Assembly: GCA_965645245.1 (NCBI GenBank)
Contig: OZ287083.1
Coordinates: 1,364,001 to 1,428,000 of the forward strand
Origin: Massalongia carnosa
Taxonomy: Eukaryota
Direction: 5' to 3'
Length of the DNA stretch: 64,000 nucleotides
Below the pieces are notes generated by a model. It had not been told where the DNA came from and searched no databases. It was given only the letters and a program-made list of their open reading frames with translations. The position numbers and the translations under genes are program-made. Each line of letters starts with the position of its first letter. Position 1 is the first letter of the stretch. Below are positions 1-15,061 of this stretch, piece by piece.

Positions 1-1204
1 AGGGACTGCAGAGGGGTTCTCGGATGGGTGGAAATTGGGGTGATCCAGACAAAAACAACAACGATAATAGCAAGGAGGGTTGGGAAAAGAGAAATGTGCA
101 AAAGGCTTAAAGATGGCTAATTGATGGTGGACGAAATACCGGAAGAGAAAAGAAGAAGGGAATATGTAAGTGGATATTTCCCCAAGCGTCGTTTTCGGAT
201 CCTTGCGGTGTTTTCCCTCCCTCCCTCGTTTTCTTTCCTTCTATGTCTGAACCACCGTGATGCCCCTAACCCTCTCCCACCCCGTTTCCTTAGGAGCAAC
301 ATGCCAGCCAATGTTCCTCCCTTGGGGTAATAGAATAACAGTAAAAACAACAATAACGCTCCGGAAATCGTGGGGGTGTTATCGAGGAAGTTAGTTCCTT
401 ATGGGGAGGTCCGTTTTTCTTGGGAAGGTTTGTTTTGGTGTTTTCTGGACTTTTTATCTCGTGGGATCATATCGAGTCATTTTTTAATTCTGAGTGCGTA
501 CAAAGCTGCTCTTGCGCGGTTTTGCAGAGGTATATAGGGTAATTCTAGGTGCTCTTTAGACCTAATCATTTGCTCTTCTCTTCCCTTCTCTCCTACAATA
601 TGGTCAATCAGGCTCTAGGGGGGGGGGAATAACCGCTATGCTCTCTCGAGAACCTCGAGCTGTCTCCGCCTCCTCTCTATTTTGTAATTCCTATGTTTAT
701 ATTACTAGCCGTAAGGCTTCCACTCCCAAGCAAGTCTCAGCGCTGGCTACCATCAATAAACCGACAGGATATTGTTTACACTCCGCCGTTTGAAGCTTCC
801 ACATCACCGCCTGTCGCTCGGAAAATCATTGCAAGCTATTCAGATCCACAAGGCGCAACACCGTTGTTGGTGAATCCATGCGTGTAACCAGACTGACGTC
901 CGTTTTATATAGGAAATTCGAAGCGTGATTATAGTAGTTGGCTTGAGAAAAAAAGGCTAGATGTAAAAGCGAAATTCGCTATCCGTGTATTTTCTGCTTC
1001 TTGTTATCCTTCTGCATCTTTTGTCAGTTCTTGAATAATAAAGGAAAACATAGGAATAAAGGATTATGATCTGATTCTTTTCAGGGGGCTACTATCCCAC
1101 CAGATCATATCTAACCAAGCATCCCTACCCTTCTCAACTATCTTACTCGACCATATCTCGTTTTAGATTATACCAATCTACAGCAGGAACCAAACAGTTT
1201 GAGT

Positions 1205-1749
1205 GAAACAACCACGACATCGAGGGTCTGCGGCCATGGAATGACTTTATCTTGAAGCATAATTCAGAGTGCTTTGGCAATGTCCTTCAGACAGCCATTT
1301 CAGACAATCGTCTATATCAGACGTCTCCACAAATTGGCAGATGAAGCACGTGTGGACACAATCACTAAAAGTCATAATCATGTGAAGATCGACTACGCCC
1401 TACAGGTGGCTGGCCGTCGGCAGGGGAGTTCTCGGTCATTTAGCTGATCTCCTGATCTCTTGAATCTTTACCCGAGATTCAAGAAGATACGCGATTCAGG
1501 CCCGATAAGCCTGGTAGTGTTGACGCTGGAAAGGTGTCGTGTGTGAATCTGATACATGGCGACACCAAACAATCCGCGAAGCGGGACCCCAACATAAAGG
1601 ACACCAGTCATCAAGACGAGTTTCGAAAACTCTTGCGTCAAGTATTGACCTATTTTACGCTCTGTAGAAGCGATTGTGAAGGCATATCACACGATTTCGT
1701 ATGGCAATTCGGGCCTCTTGAAGTTCTGTCTAACTTAATACTTAACTAG
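1205..1749 (+). pseudogene. Decayed fungal PD-(D/E)XK nuclease-like family gene (relic 1)
   Basis: Fragments across frames read LRPWNDF (~1228), FRPD (~1495-1506), NLIHGDTKQSAK (GDTK 1558-1569) and EFRKLLRQVLTY (Q-x3-Y 1639-1653). The order PD...GDxK...QxxxY is that of the restriction-endonuclease-like fold. Interrupted by stops and frameshifts. Family call is from motif recognition only. Confidence 0.45.
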
Positions 1750-2257
1750 AATCAAAGTCCTTTTTTTTGTCCCATTGTTCAATGTCTTTTAGTCGATCGA
1801 TTGTCATCAAAACCCCATCTGAAAACTTGGACGATGTTTAAGACATCATAGGGATGATGAGTTAGCTGGGCAGACCGATCAGGGTGAACCCCTAAATTAG
1901 TTGTCTTGCCCGTATAAGTTTCGAATTTCTGCCTTCAATACAACCAGCTAAGGTAGGTATACTAGTATCAGTTAGGTACAACTAGTATCTATCCAGGCCC
2001 CAGGCTGCACCAATACTCCCTGCAGTGACTCCACAGCCCCTCCGTTAGGTCTTCCACCAGGGTTTATAGATGAGAATCTACGTCTGTTAAACTCTGGACC
2101 TCGAGATTTGGTTGGTTCTGTCGAAGTAGCAAAAGCTCTGATAAGTTTAGTGAGAACCAAGGGTCGCAACACGTCCGACAAACGAGTTCAATCGAACCGA
2201 CAGAGTCAAGTATCTCCCACCTCGGATGAATAGATTTCAACCAACGATCCGTATACT

Positions 2258-3748
2258 TCATTCATAAAGTACGGTTGACCTGCTAACTGTACAACCAAGG
2301 GTCAACCAAGGGTCTTGGAGTAGTTCACCCGCTGTCGCGCGATCCTCTGGCAGCCACCGTAGCATTCTCCTCACAAACTTAAGAAATAGTGTCTTGTCTT
2401 CGCTAGTGAATGATTTCAAATAGCTCTCAAGGGTCGGAGCGTCTGAAGTAGTTATATGGGTCTGCGATAAATTTCCTGGCGTTCATTGTTAGCAAAGTTT
2501 TGACTCTGCAACAAAATTGTAGAAGAAGAGCGTATGCAACGCCCTTTCTCCGCGTTTGAGGGGCTCCTTGGGAGGGGCTAAGAAAAGATGTCATCTCCAG
2601 CAGATGTATCTCGGGACTATAAATGCCACTGGAGGGATCGAGCGCGTCAAAGAGCGTCTTATTCTCAACTAAATCGCAAACCTTCAAAGTATTTGCATCA
2701 ATTCCGTTACGTTGGAAAAGATGAAAACCTTACCATAATCCCAAGATTCCATATATCGGCGCGGTAGGTCCAACTAGCTCGTAAATCGCTTCAGGAGCTT
2801 GAAAGAGATCGGCCTGAATAGGGTGGTTGTGGGGCTGAGCCACGCCCCAAACAGCCAATCCAAAGTCCGCTATTTTCGGTGGGCCGGGAGGGTTCTGAAG
2901 GCCCCCAAAATTTCGAGAAGGGTAGATGGCTCTATTTCCACCCATTTTTCGAGGACTAGGTTCCTCAGCCTCCTCTCTGACGAATCCATCAATAACGGCC
3001 TGATTTTCGATACTAAGCAATATGTTGTCAGGTTTCAGATCTACACTTACTAAGTCAATGTCATCGATTAAGCTGGACTATCTCTTGCCACTTATGTACC
3101 TGTATGGATAATGTGGCAGTTGGTGTGAAGGGAATCTAGCCCGGTCAAATCAAGTCAGTAACGGCTTCAGAAAGTAACCTGGTATTCGATCGTTCGATAA
3201 ACGTATTTGAAACTTCGAAAGCGACTCCTTCATGGGCCCGTAGACTAAACCTACGTGTATCGCGTCGGGTCCAGTCACTTTAAACGAGTTCAGCACCGTC
3301 CTTAGGTATCGTAAACCTTCGCTTTTAGGATCCGCTGCAGCAACGCAACGCGATATTTCCAATTTAGCTCTAGCGGCAGTCTGTTCGACGAGGCCATTGG
3401 TAAGGATCTTCAGAGCCAGGTAGCGGGAATCTTGCCGCCTCTACCATACTAAGGTTTAATGGAAGTAAATCAATCACATTCATAACTCAGCGAGACGTAC
3501 TTCTAGACATCCTGCGCTAACCATACCGTCGAGCTCGCGCCGTATTCCTAGCTTTGCGATTACCTGATATCTGTCGTTGAAGGAATCTCTTAAACAAACA
3601 GGACAATGTTGCTGTGGAAAATATCGAGGGATGGTTATTCCTCAATAGGATTATCTGTACGCAAGATTGACAAAACGTTTGTAGAAACTGACGAGGTTCT
3701 AAGTCTTGGTCCCCCCAAACTACGCATCAGCCTTGCAATAGAGGTCAT
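2258..3748 (-). pseudogene. SRPK/CMGC-like Ser/Thr protein kinase pseudogene
   Basis: Minus-strand fragments: DSFNDRYQVIAKLG/(frameshift)YGASSTVWLAQD; YLALKILT; HIIHT-intron-DLKPDNILL; KIADFGLA; QAPE; KFVRRMLRWLPEDRATAGELLQDPWL. Several in-frame stops and frameshifts. Confidence 0.85.
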
Positions 3749-4210
3749 TGAAGCAATCTTTGGTTGATATCTAATGAAGTGTGAATTCTCTGCTGACACC
3801 CCAGCTTAAGAGTGGAGAGCACATGTTCTGTACTCTACACTTAGGATTGCTCCATGTTTGCTTCAGGTTTGAGAGTTTAACAATTTATCATTAACATGAC
3901 AATATTTAAGGAGCCTAATAAGCTACAGAATACTCGGAATATAGCCGAAGTATAGCCACACTACAGCGATTGAGCTAGCTGGAAATAGCTTAGGACAAAA
4001 ATTGTTCCCTCCGCTCTTTAAGGTCCGACGTGGAAGAAGAGAAATAAGAACTCTGAACGCCCCAACAGCATCGATTGTCGGGGAGTAACAACGACCAAAA
4101 GCAGCGCCTAACGGCTAACAGGGCTAATCTCTTCCGATATGTACTGTACTTCTTGATTTCATAGCCATTTAATAATCCTCGACCCCGGTCGTCACCGTTC
4201 TCCTCCCAGC

Positions 4211-6909
4211 ATGGCGTTCCAGGCTGCTCCCAGCGCAATCGGGGTATCCTTCACCACTCTGGTCGTTAGATTTACATTTGCTGATAAGATACGTAGAACC
4301 TGGCCTCTATTACATCAGAGGTGTGGCCATCGATGAAGTTCACTCTGAGCGCCCCTTGGCGGACCATGCGTAATTCCGCCGCCCAAATCAGCGCAATCCA
4401 CAAAATTGGCAAACAAGAGAGAAACGCATCCACGATAACCCCAAGAGAAGGAAACCATGTTAGTTGTGGCGTTTCTGCTGGGGAATCTCAACGCTAACGA
4501 TACAAGGCCTGCCGTGTGGGTGAGTTACCAGATTGCCTTGCTTCTGTGCCGATGGCGTCTTTACGTTCTCTACAATTCGGTGGGAAATTCATGGAGGGCG
4601 GAATCTTCGGTGTGGCTTCGATCCGTATGTCCTCTTTAACGGAACATGTTTGTCATTCCAGCTAACTGTGATTAGCGTCCGCCAAAATTCTAACTTCCGC
4701 CAATCCCTTCGGTTTTGCGCGCCCTACCATGTCCTCCTCAAGCCGGCTGTACTCAACTCATCCTTTGTTGAAGTTCGCTCGAAATAATAGGTTATTGCCT
4801 CCTGGGTTTGCCAGTAATGTTCAAAGAAGGACTCTCGTCGGAGCCAGCTCATCCCAAAATCTCCTCTCGCACATGGAGCAGACAGCAAATAACAACCCTA
4901 CGAGCCCCACGGCTCAGAATGCGTTTTATTCAGCTTTACTTCGCGCTGAAATGCCCGCAATCATTGTCGAGCGCTATCAGACTGGACGATATGCTAGCAA
5001 CGCTACAGTGGATGCAACCTACAAACGTGCGCTTGAACGAATCGCTCAAACGCAGGCCGTTGGGAACACTCAAATAGCGGGGCAGACGTCATCCTTAAGC
5101 AGCGAGCAGCTTCAAGCGGTTGGGCAAGCTATTGCAGCATCATCGCAAGGTGGCAGTATTGGTATCGCCCGCGGAACTGCTAACCCAAACGGCACAGGAG
5201 CTAAGGAAAGCCCTCTCTATGTTGTAGTGGAAGAATCGATAGGCGCTACCATATTCAAATGGGTCAAGTTTGTCTTCTACTTTGGACTGGTTGCTTATCT
5301 GGTACTGATCGTTTTCACCTTTGCTGTTGAAGCAACTGGCGTTATCAAAAAAGTCGGCGCATCGCAAAACAACCAAGCTCAACCACAACATCAGACTGTC
5401 CGATTCTCCGACGTTCATGGATGTGACGAGGCCAAGGAAGAGCTCCAGGAACTTGTCGAATTTCTCAAGGATCCTGCGAAGTTTTCGACGCTCGGCGGAA
5501 AGCTTCCTAAAGGTGTTTTGCTCGTTGGTCCACCGGGAACAGGGAAGACTCTTCTGGCTCGCGCGGTGGCAGGAGAATCAGGAGTGCCGTTTTTCTTCAT
5601 GTCCGGTGCCGAATTCGATGAAATCTACGTTGGCGTCGGTGCAAAACGAGTCCGTGATCTGTTCACCGAAGCTCGCGCAAAGGCCCCGGCTATAATTTTT
5701 ATCGACGAATTAGATGCCATAGGAGGCAAACGAAACGAAAGGGATCCAGCCTACGTCAAACAGTCTCTCAATCAACTTCTAACCGAGCTCGATGGGTTCT
5801 CGCAAGACACCGGCGTTATCATCATAGCGGCGACCAATTTCCCCCAGCTGCTCGATAAAGCGCTTACCAGACCTGGTCGATTTGATCGCAACGTTGTCGT
5901 TCCCCTGCCAGATGTTCGCGGCCGAGTGGATATTCTCAAGCATCATATGAAAAATGTTCAGCTTTCCCCCGATGTAGATGAAACCATAATTGCTCGAGGT
6001 ACGCCCGGTTTCTCAGGCGCGGATCTTGAGAACCTAGTGAACCAAGCTGCTGTCCGCGCAAGTCGAAATCATTCGGAGAACGTGGGAGCGGTCGATTTTG
6101 AGTGGGCCAAGGACAAAATCATGATGGGCGCCGAGCGACGGAGCGCCGTTATCCACGAGAAGGACAAGCTGATGACTGCATATCATGAAGGCGGCCATGC
6201 CCTGGTAGCTGTATCGAATCCTCACGGTACCCCAATTTACAAAGCCACAATCATGCCACGAGGACAAACGCTTGGCGTAACCATGCAACTGGATGAAATG
6301 GACAAGGTCTCCATGGCCAAGAAGGAGTATCTTGCTAAAATTGACATGTGCATGGGGGGCAAGGCGGCTGAGGAGCTAGTCTACGGCGCCGATAACGTTA
6401 CTAGTGGATGTGTAAGCGTAAGTTGTCTAGGACGTATGAGATAGTCGCTTCCCTAAACTAACCCTATAACACAGGACATTCAACAAGCGACGTCTATAGC
6501 CTTTTCCATGGTGACCCAACTTGGTTTCTCCGACGCCTTGGGCAATATGGACCTGTACACCGAATATAAGGAGCTCTCCTCGGAAACCAAACTACGGATC
6601 GAACAAGAAGTCCGCCGCATCCTCGACGAATGCAGTCAGCGCGCCACCAAAGTCCTCACCGAGCGTCGCCACGACTTGGATGCCTTGGCTAACGCTCTTG
6701 TCGAGTACGAGGTCCTGAACGAGGACGAAATCAAGCGCATCCTGCGCGGAGAGAAGCTCACTAAGCTAAAGACCTTGCCGAACATGCCGATCAAGCTGCC
6801 GGAAATTCCCCTGCCGCCGAGGCTTGGAGGCCCCGGAGAAAAGGAACTTGGAGGCGGAGGAGGCGGCTTGGGTGTGCCAGGTGTGCCAGGTGCTTCGGGG
6901 AGTGGGTAA
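4211..6909 (+). CDS. YME1: Mitochondrial i-AAA metalloprotease (FtsH/M41 family)
   Basis: Walker A GPPGTGKT, Walker B IFIDELD, SRH RPGRFD, zinc motif HEGGH. Three small 5' exons splice in frame from ATG 4211 ([24 protein letters not shown]...). Last intron about 6418-6474 joins to [17 protein letters not shown]. Confidence 0.95.
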
Positions 6910-9900
6910 AAAGCGCCGAGTAGGCCAAACAGCAACTGGGGAGCGAAGTTTTGAAAACACTTATATTTGCTGTTGAAGTGCGTTGTTTGGAGTGGAGTTT
7001 TAGACCCCTTCTTTTTACCTTGGTGGGAAAAAAGGAGTGTCGTTATGGGGAAGCTTTTTCTCGACATTTCTCCCTGTAGCATCTTCCTACCTAGTTACCA
7101 ACCAGTCAGCGGAGCAGTGAGGTATAGGTTAGAAGACAAAATACCTAATCTATTTCAAACAGCTAATCTAGGTGTTCCTGAACTCCCTACATTCCGGGGG
7201 GTTTTTTTTTGAAGTAATATTTTTCGTTCATCGCGTTCATCACGGCCGCGGTTTGAGGATCAAGTATGGATGGGAATAGGAGAAGAGGAGAGGTAAGATG
7301 ACAACACGATTGGGAAATGAAGAGACGTATTCGCTGATTTATTTGTTTTGTGTTCTCGAGAAAGATTTAAGGTATGGATATTTTTCTCCTACGTTTCGCT
7401 TTTTTTTCTCTTTCTCCTTTTCCTTTCTCTTGTCTTTTTATTCTTTTTTTCTCGGTATCTCCCTCAAAGTTTGAGCTTTTTGACGTCTTTTTCGGATTTA
7501 AGTTTCGAAGGGGGGAGGGGTTCGTTTTATTTTTGTTTGTTGCGATTTTCTTCAAGAATTGCGATCTTGCAAGCTCGTGGTTAGTAAGTTAGATAAGGGT
7601 CGGATTGTTAAGGTTCCTTGTTTCCGTTTCTGTTCCTGGTTTTCATCTTTAATATTTCCAGTCTTTCTTTTTTCAGTTCAGTCAAATAGAGATGAGTGTG
7701 CATATGTACCCTCAAACAAATAGTTGAAGCGCGATAATGAGAATGACTGAGACATGGGAAGGGGGTTGACCTTATTCAAGCAACAAGGATGAGGAAGGCA
7801 TGGTTTGATTTGTTCGAATGAATGGAATGGGATGATAAGTTTTCCTTTTCAGGCATGGTTATTTTGAGGAAGGGATAGATGGACAGGTAGATATTGACTG
7901 ACTATAAATGGAGGTAGAAAGGTAGGTGAGTGGAATCTTTGCTCTTTGCAATTTCCTTCTTGTCCTTCTTTCTCTTCTATGCTTGAAAGGGGGGGTTGAG
8001 GGGAAGAAAAATATGGGGATAGGAATAATAGTAGGAAGATATAGGGAGGGGATAGGTAGACGTCTGACTCGTTAACCACCCCACCCCCCCCTTCTTTTAA
8101 CCTTTTCCCCCACCTTCTCTGCCCTTCTCATCCTCTAATATCTACTTCACACACCCAGCCTATCTATCCATTCATCGCATCATCTGTTTCCGTATTTCGG
8201 TTGTTACTCAAACTTGTTTCCTGTGCGTTCCTGGGCCATGGGCGGATGGGAGGTGAGGGAAAGGAAAGGAAAGAGAAGGGATAGGAGAATAGGAAGAAGG
8301 AAAGGATAAAAAGAGGAAAGAAGGAATCATGTGTTAACGAATACATACATAGATGATCGAATAGCTATCTAGCAAATCACTCGGCCAATTCGAGTTATCC
8401 AGTTCTCGTAGGTAAATCAACAAGACGTTTTCTTTCCACTTTCTTCTCCAGTTCCATCGTTCTCTCTACGATCTCGAACACAACCCGTTGTATAAGAGAA
8501 CTCGATTTCTCGACCTTTTCCTCCCCCCTCTCCAGGTTTTCAAATCTCCTCATCTTCTAATCCGATTGCTCTTTTCTTCTTTCCTTATTCATTTCACTCC
8601 AAACCCCAAGATTTCCCTCTTTCGGAATCCTCCCTCCCTCCCTCTCGTCCGCTCCAGAAAGGGAGCGGAAAACAATCCATGACGCTAAGTGGTTATTTTT
8701 GGCGTTTTTTTCTTCTTTTCTTCGTCAATATGTTTGTAAAGGGCTGCGATTGTATCTGGAATTTTCAACAGAGGTACCTAATTAGGAGGTGGAGAGGGAT
8801 AACAAACAAGGCTGGGAAGAAGGGGGGAAGGATGTTGTAAGGAGTACGAACCCCAAGCTAGGGGAGGGACATGAGGGGCGGAGGGCGAGGGACAAGATCG
8901 ATGAAACTGCTGAGTAGGTGAATGGAGGTTGAGTTGTAGGAAAGGGATGGGACGGAGTCCAAAGGGGGGGGGGGGGGTAGGTTCTATGTTATACCTATCT
9001 CCCCATGAACCCAGAACGGGTTCGGGCAAGAGCGATAGATACCCTGCTTTTCCCTGCAAGGGGTTGAGAATTCTGGGTTCAGCAATGGGGGAATGAGGAT
9101 TGTTTAGGGGCAGAATGGATAGGGAAGGTGAGGGGTGATGTGGTATAGAAACAGAAGAGCGATAGTAATAGATTGGTAGGGAGAGTTGCAAGGGAACTTT
9201 CGACTGATAGGTCCGGTTTCAGCGATGCAAGGCAACAAATAACCGCACGCTGCGCAAAGTGTTGCGGATCTTCGTATATTTTTATTATGTCTTCCTATGA
9301 TGGGTAACATACAAAACTAAGGCCTTCCGACTACCTTTTTCCCATTTCTGACCCCTCGTTGGCTGCTGCTCTTTCTTAGAGTCGTAAGTGCATTAAGCTC
9401 AAATCTGCTAGTCTGTACAGAATAGCTGGATGTGCTGGGTAATTGATCATGACTAGTGAAACCTCCGATTTGATAGCCAGCGGATGAGGAGATGGTATTC
9501 AGGTGGGTCTGAGATAAGGTCGATAGGCGAGGATCGCGTTTTGTTGTTTGGAGCAATGTAGCTGTACAAGTTGAGGGTTAACTGCTTCCGATGCATTCTC
9601 TTCATGATATGATTTGGCAACGAGAGAAAATGTAGGAGTTGAGTTCCCGGGCCATGTTCAGGATAGAACTGCTGGGAGGATTAGATTCTGTTCTTCGGGT
9701 GTTTTCTTGACGATTATGCTGTGAAAAAGAACGAAGGGACGCCGGATGTATGGTTAGGTCGATACTGAATAATTTTGTTGATTCATGTTGCTTGTATTGA
9801 GGTTAAGATATCATTGGGAAGACTTCCGGGAATCTGCGCTAGCATGGAATCAAAAAGCTCTCTCTTTCCAATGCAGATCACCCATTGGGATCCTCTTCAA

Positions 9901-10679
9901 CAGATGGCCATCACCCGAACCTAATATGCCTCCAATGCGCACCATATGATGTCAGTAAATATCCGAAAATTTTCCTACATCAACCTTATCCATGGACATT
10001 GGGCTTTGGGTCCATGAGCTTCCTCCGACCATGACAAGTTATGAGCTGAGGGACGGTCTCCAACCTGTTATGTCCTCAAGTTTAGTCTCTTATTCCGTTC
10101 TCCTTGATTCTTATGCTTGGATCCCCTTCTGAGCTCGTTACTTCCGTAGGTATCAAGATAGATATGAGAGAAACAATGCTTGAGTGTACTGATTTCGCTG
10201 CCTAATGCCTCAGTGTCCTGAACATGAGTAGAGCCGACTTCTCAAGTTCATTAAGAGATGATTTGGTTGGCAGGCATACACGTTCTAGAAGGGACTCTAT
10301 ACCCAATGTCGTGATTCAAAGATCGGTTCGGAATTGGCGATAAAAACCTTAAACTCCTCTCAAGCTCTTGGATGGAGACATGGAGAAAATCTCGAAAGCG
10401 TAGACTTAGCTGGAAGACGAAGAAAAAGCCGTGAGAGAAGATGTTGTAAGCTTTCTATGAATGAAGGTAGTCATAAAATCTGGATATGTTTGGAACCTCT
10501 GGTCCTCAAATTGTTGCAATGACGTGGGGCCGTCTGCGGAAGATCATTCAGTGGGAATGATTTTATTACTCTTTTCTTTTTTTGGGGGTAAAGATGTACA
10601 AATCGTACATCATATTTTAGGAGAGGAGGAAGGCGCCTTTTGTTGAGCCCCACACGTGTTTATCAACCACGATCCGTAC

Positions 10680-10960
10680 CAAAAAATGATGGAAATGATG
10701 CCGGTTAGCATACTGGGCTGTCCTCAATTAGGTAGGTCTGGTAATATAGCAACAGCGGATACAAGCTTTAGGCCGACTTAGTACTTTGGCTCGGAGTACT
10801 TGTACTCGGTGGGCCTTTGCAATCCCCTGGAAGTCTGTTAGTGAAGGTTTCCCTAATAGTTGTAGTATGTAACAACAGAGAGTAGATATCCCATAGTAGA
10901 GAAAACGGGAGGAACTGGGGTTTTCCGTGGAGCATTTTCTGGTGGAGGAAATTCAAAAAG
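10680..10960 (-). pseudogene. Possible second relic of the fungal PD-(D/E)XK nuclease-like family
   Basis: Minus strand NRLPGDCK (10816-10839), then a frameshifted GQ/AQYANRHH (~10690-10722). This resembles the GDxK...QxxxY pattern of relic 1. Heavily degraded. Confidence 0.3.
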
Positions 10961-12524
10961 AGAAGGGATCAAGCCATCTTCATACATTGTGAATAGGCCC
11001 ACCGGAAGTTAAAGGGTAACATACCGCATTTTTCGTTGGGCCGGGTTTCTCTACGGGGTTTGTACATTAGCATGGGGTTGTACATTAAGTCATGCGTAAT
11101 AACCGATTGCTGGTGATGACATACGTGGCAACCACGTTAGGTGGACATCTCTGTTGGGTCTGCTGATACCGGACACACCAGGCCTTGACCAGATAGCGTA
11201 CATGCCCACACTGATAACTGACTTTGGTATAGTCACACATTCTGCTCAGTCGTCAAAGGAAGAGGACTGGATTTGATGACGATGATGACACGCCTGGATA
11301 GGAGATTTCCAAGGCTTTGCTAAGACCAATTTATCCATTCAGAAGCACCATTGCACCTAGACTTATATGATTCGTGGTCACCCGATAGCACATTTCCATA
11401 AATACGTGCTCGTTGCAGCTGCATTACCGAGCAGCAGCTGGCTTTCAGGGACCCTTGTCCGGCACCAAGATGACTGTGACAGCGACTTGTAGATTTATGA
11501 GCTGAATCTCGACTTGCCAGAGGCGTGTTGAAATCCGATTTTCAATTAGCCGTGTAGAAAGCCAGCGAGAATTTGGTTCACGTAGCAAGGAAGAAATGGA
11601 TGAATGGTGCATAGGTGGCAGTATCAACGAGTCTACCGGGGCAGATATTTCTGGAGGATCATGGGGCTGGTTTGGCTGAGCAACAAACAGTGCGGAAGCG
11701 AGGAATCTCGATGATAGTTAACCACACTCGGCGCTTTCTCGGAAAGACCCTAGGATTCGGCTTCGTGCTCGATGAGAGTACTGAAATCCTATCGGCGTCT
11801 AAGGCTGACACCAAACTCTCTGGACCTCAACGTCCGGGCTCTGTGATTCCTTCTCCTAATCGCCATTGTGTATCTAGCGCTGGCTTAGACGTGTTTAACC
11901 TGACATGAGCCAGATGATCAATGAGGTGGCCTTGATTGGATGATGAGCTTTGATAACGGGTCCCAAGTTATGCAAATGCGGTCCCGAAGGATCCTCTTTG
12001 GAACGGGAAACCTTCGGCTTTGCAAGCCCCTTACACTAATTCCAGTGGTGCTTCTCGATATCCAAAAGCTACTTCCTTACTAGATCAATGATTCTCCCGT
12101 ATGGTGGACTCAAATGCCGCAATTTTGTCATTTGATGCCGTTTAGCGTCATCCGGATGTGAAATGCTTGCAGCCGGCGGGAGTCTCCAAGGCCGCTAATC
12201 CTCAGCTCCTATTCACTATTGCTTGCATAATCTCAGTTCAGCGATCCTGCCCTTTATGCTGTTTCTTATGTTGAAGACGGTTTAAAGTGACAAAGCTGCC
12301 TTGCTGGCTCCTTAACGGGCGTTGACTGACAAGAGGACAAGAACCGCCCTAAACGACGGGAATTGGAGGACGGTTAAATTGCTTGCACGGAACGGACAGG
12401 ATGCAATTAAAAGGGACATCCTGGCATTTCGATACAACTTCCCAAACAAGTGCTGTTAATTAAGTATTTATACGTGAAGCTAACAAGTTCTAATCAAGCA
12501 GGACATCGGGTTTGATCGCTGTAT

Positions 12525-14437
<1,913 letters not shown>

Positions 14438-15061
14438 CTATTGATCTTAGGCTGGCAAGAGAGTTAGGTCGGTAGTTGGTAGAAAAGCAAATCATTGTAT
14501 ACTTTGTACGCTCTCACACCTCTCTCTCATCCCCGCACCCGGGAAGGGATCCTTCCGGGGAGGATAGATCAGCCACTTACCTTAGAGTGCTTAAGGTGGT
14601 TTAGCACGTTAGGTGCAGAGTGGATAAGTATCTCTCTAGTAAGGAATATTCATGAGGATTCGAGCTTTTGCCCTTGCGGCTGATTGGATGCACAGCTTTG
14701 GGAAAGATCCATGTTTGCAAGTTCGGGAATGCATTCATCATCAATCTACCTTGGGACAAAGTATCATCGATATTATAAGCTCTTAGCGTTTCTGCAAGCT
14801 ATGTTTGACCGAATCAAAATGACCCAAACTCCTGGGAAATGCAATTCAGTTGCCCAAGTGCAAATGTTCTCCAGTACCTGCCGTCTATCCCACCGAAATG
14901 CCCCAAACTTACGATAGGGCTGCGAATACCCAGAAAACACCCAGGAAAAACACCAGTGTGCCGTGTAAATTGAGACAATAGAAAAAGTCTATTAACGACT
15001 AGATCCATGCTACCCGAAATGCGCGCTTGTGAGGAAAAATGGTACACATAACGACCCCCTT

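Noticed and set aside
7000..9300. Many short F/L/S-rich or K/R/E-rich ORFs
   Set aside because: Artefacts of polypyrimidine/polypurine intergenic tracts. The same applies to 62000-63600.
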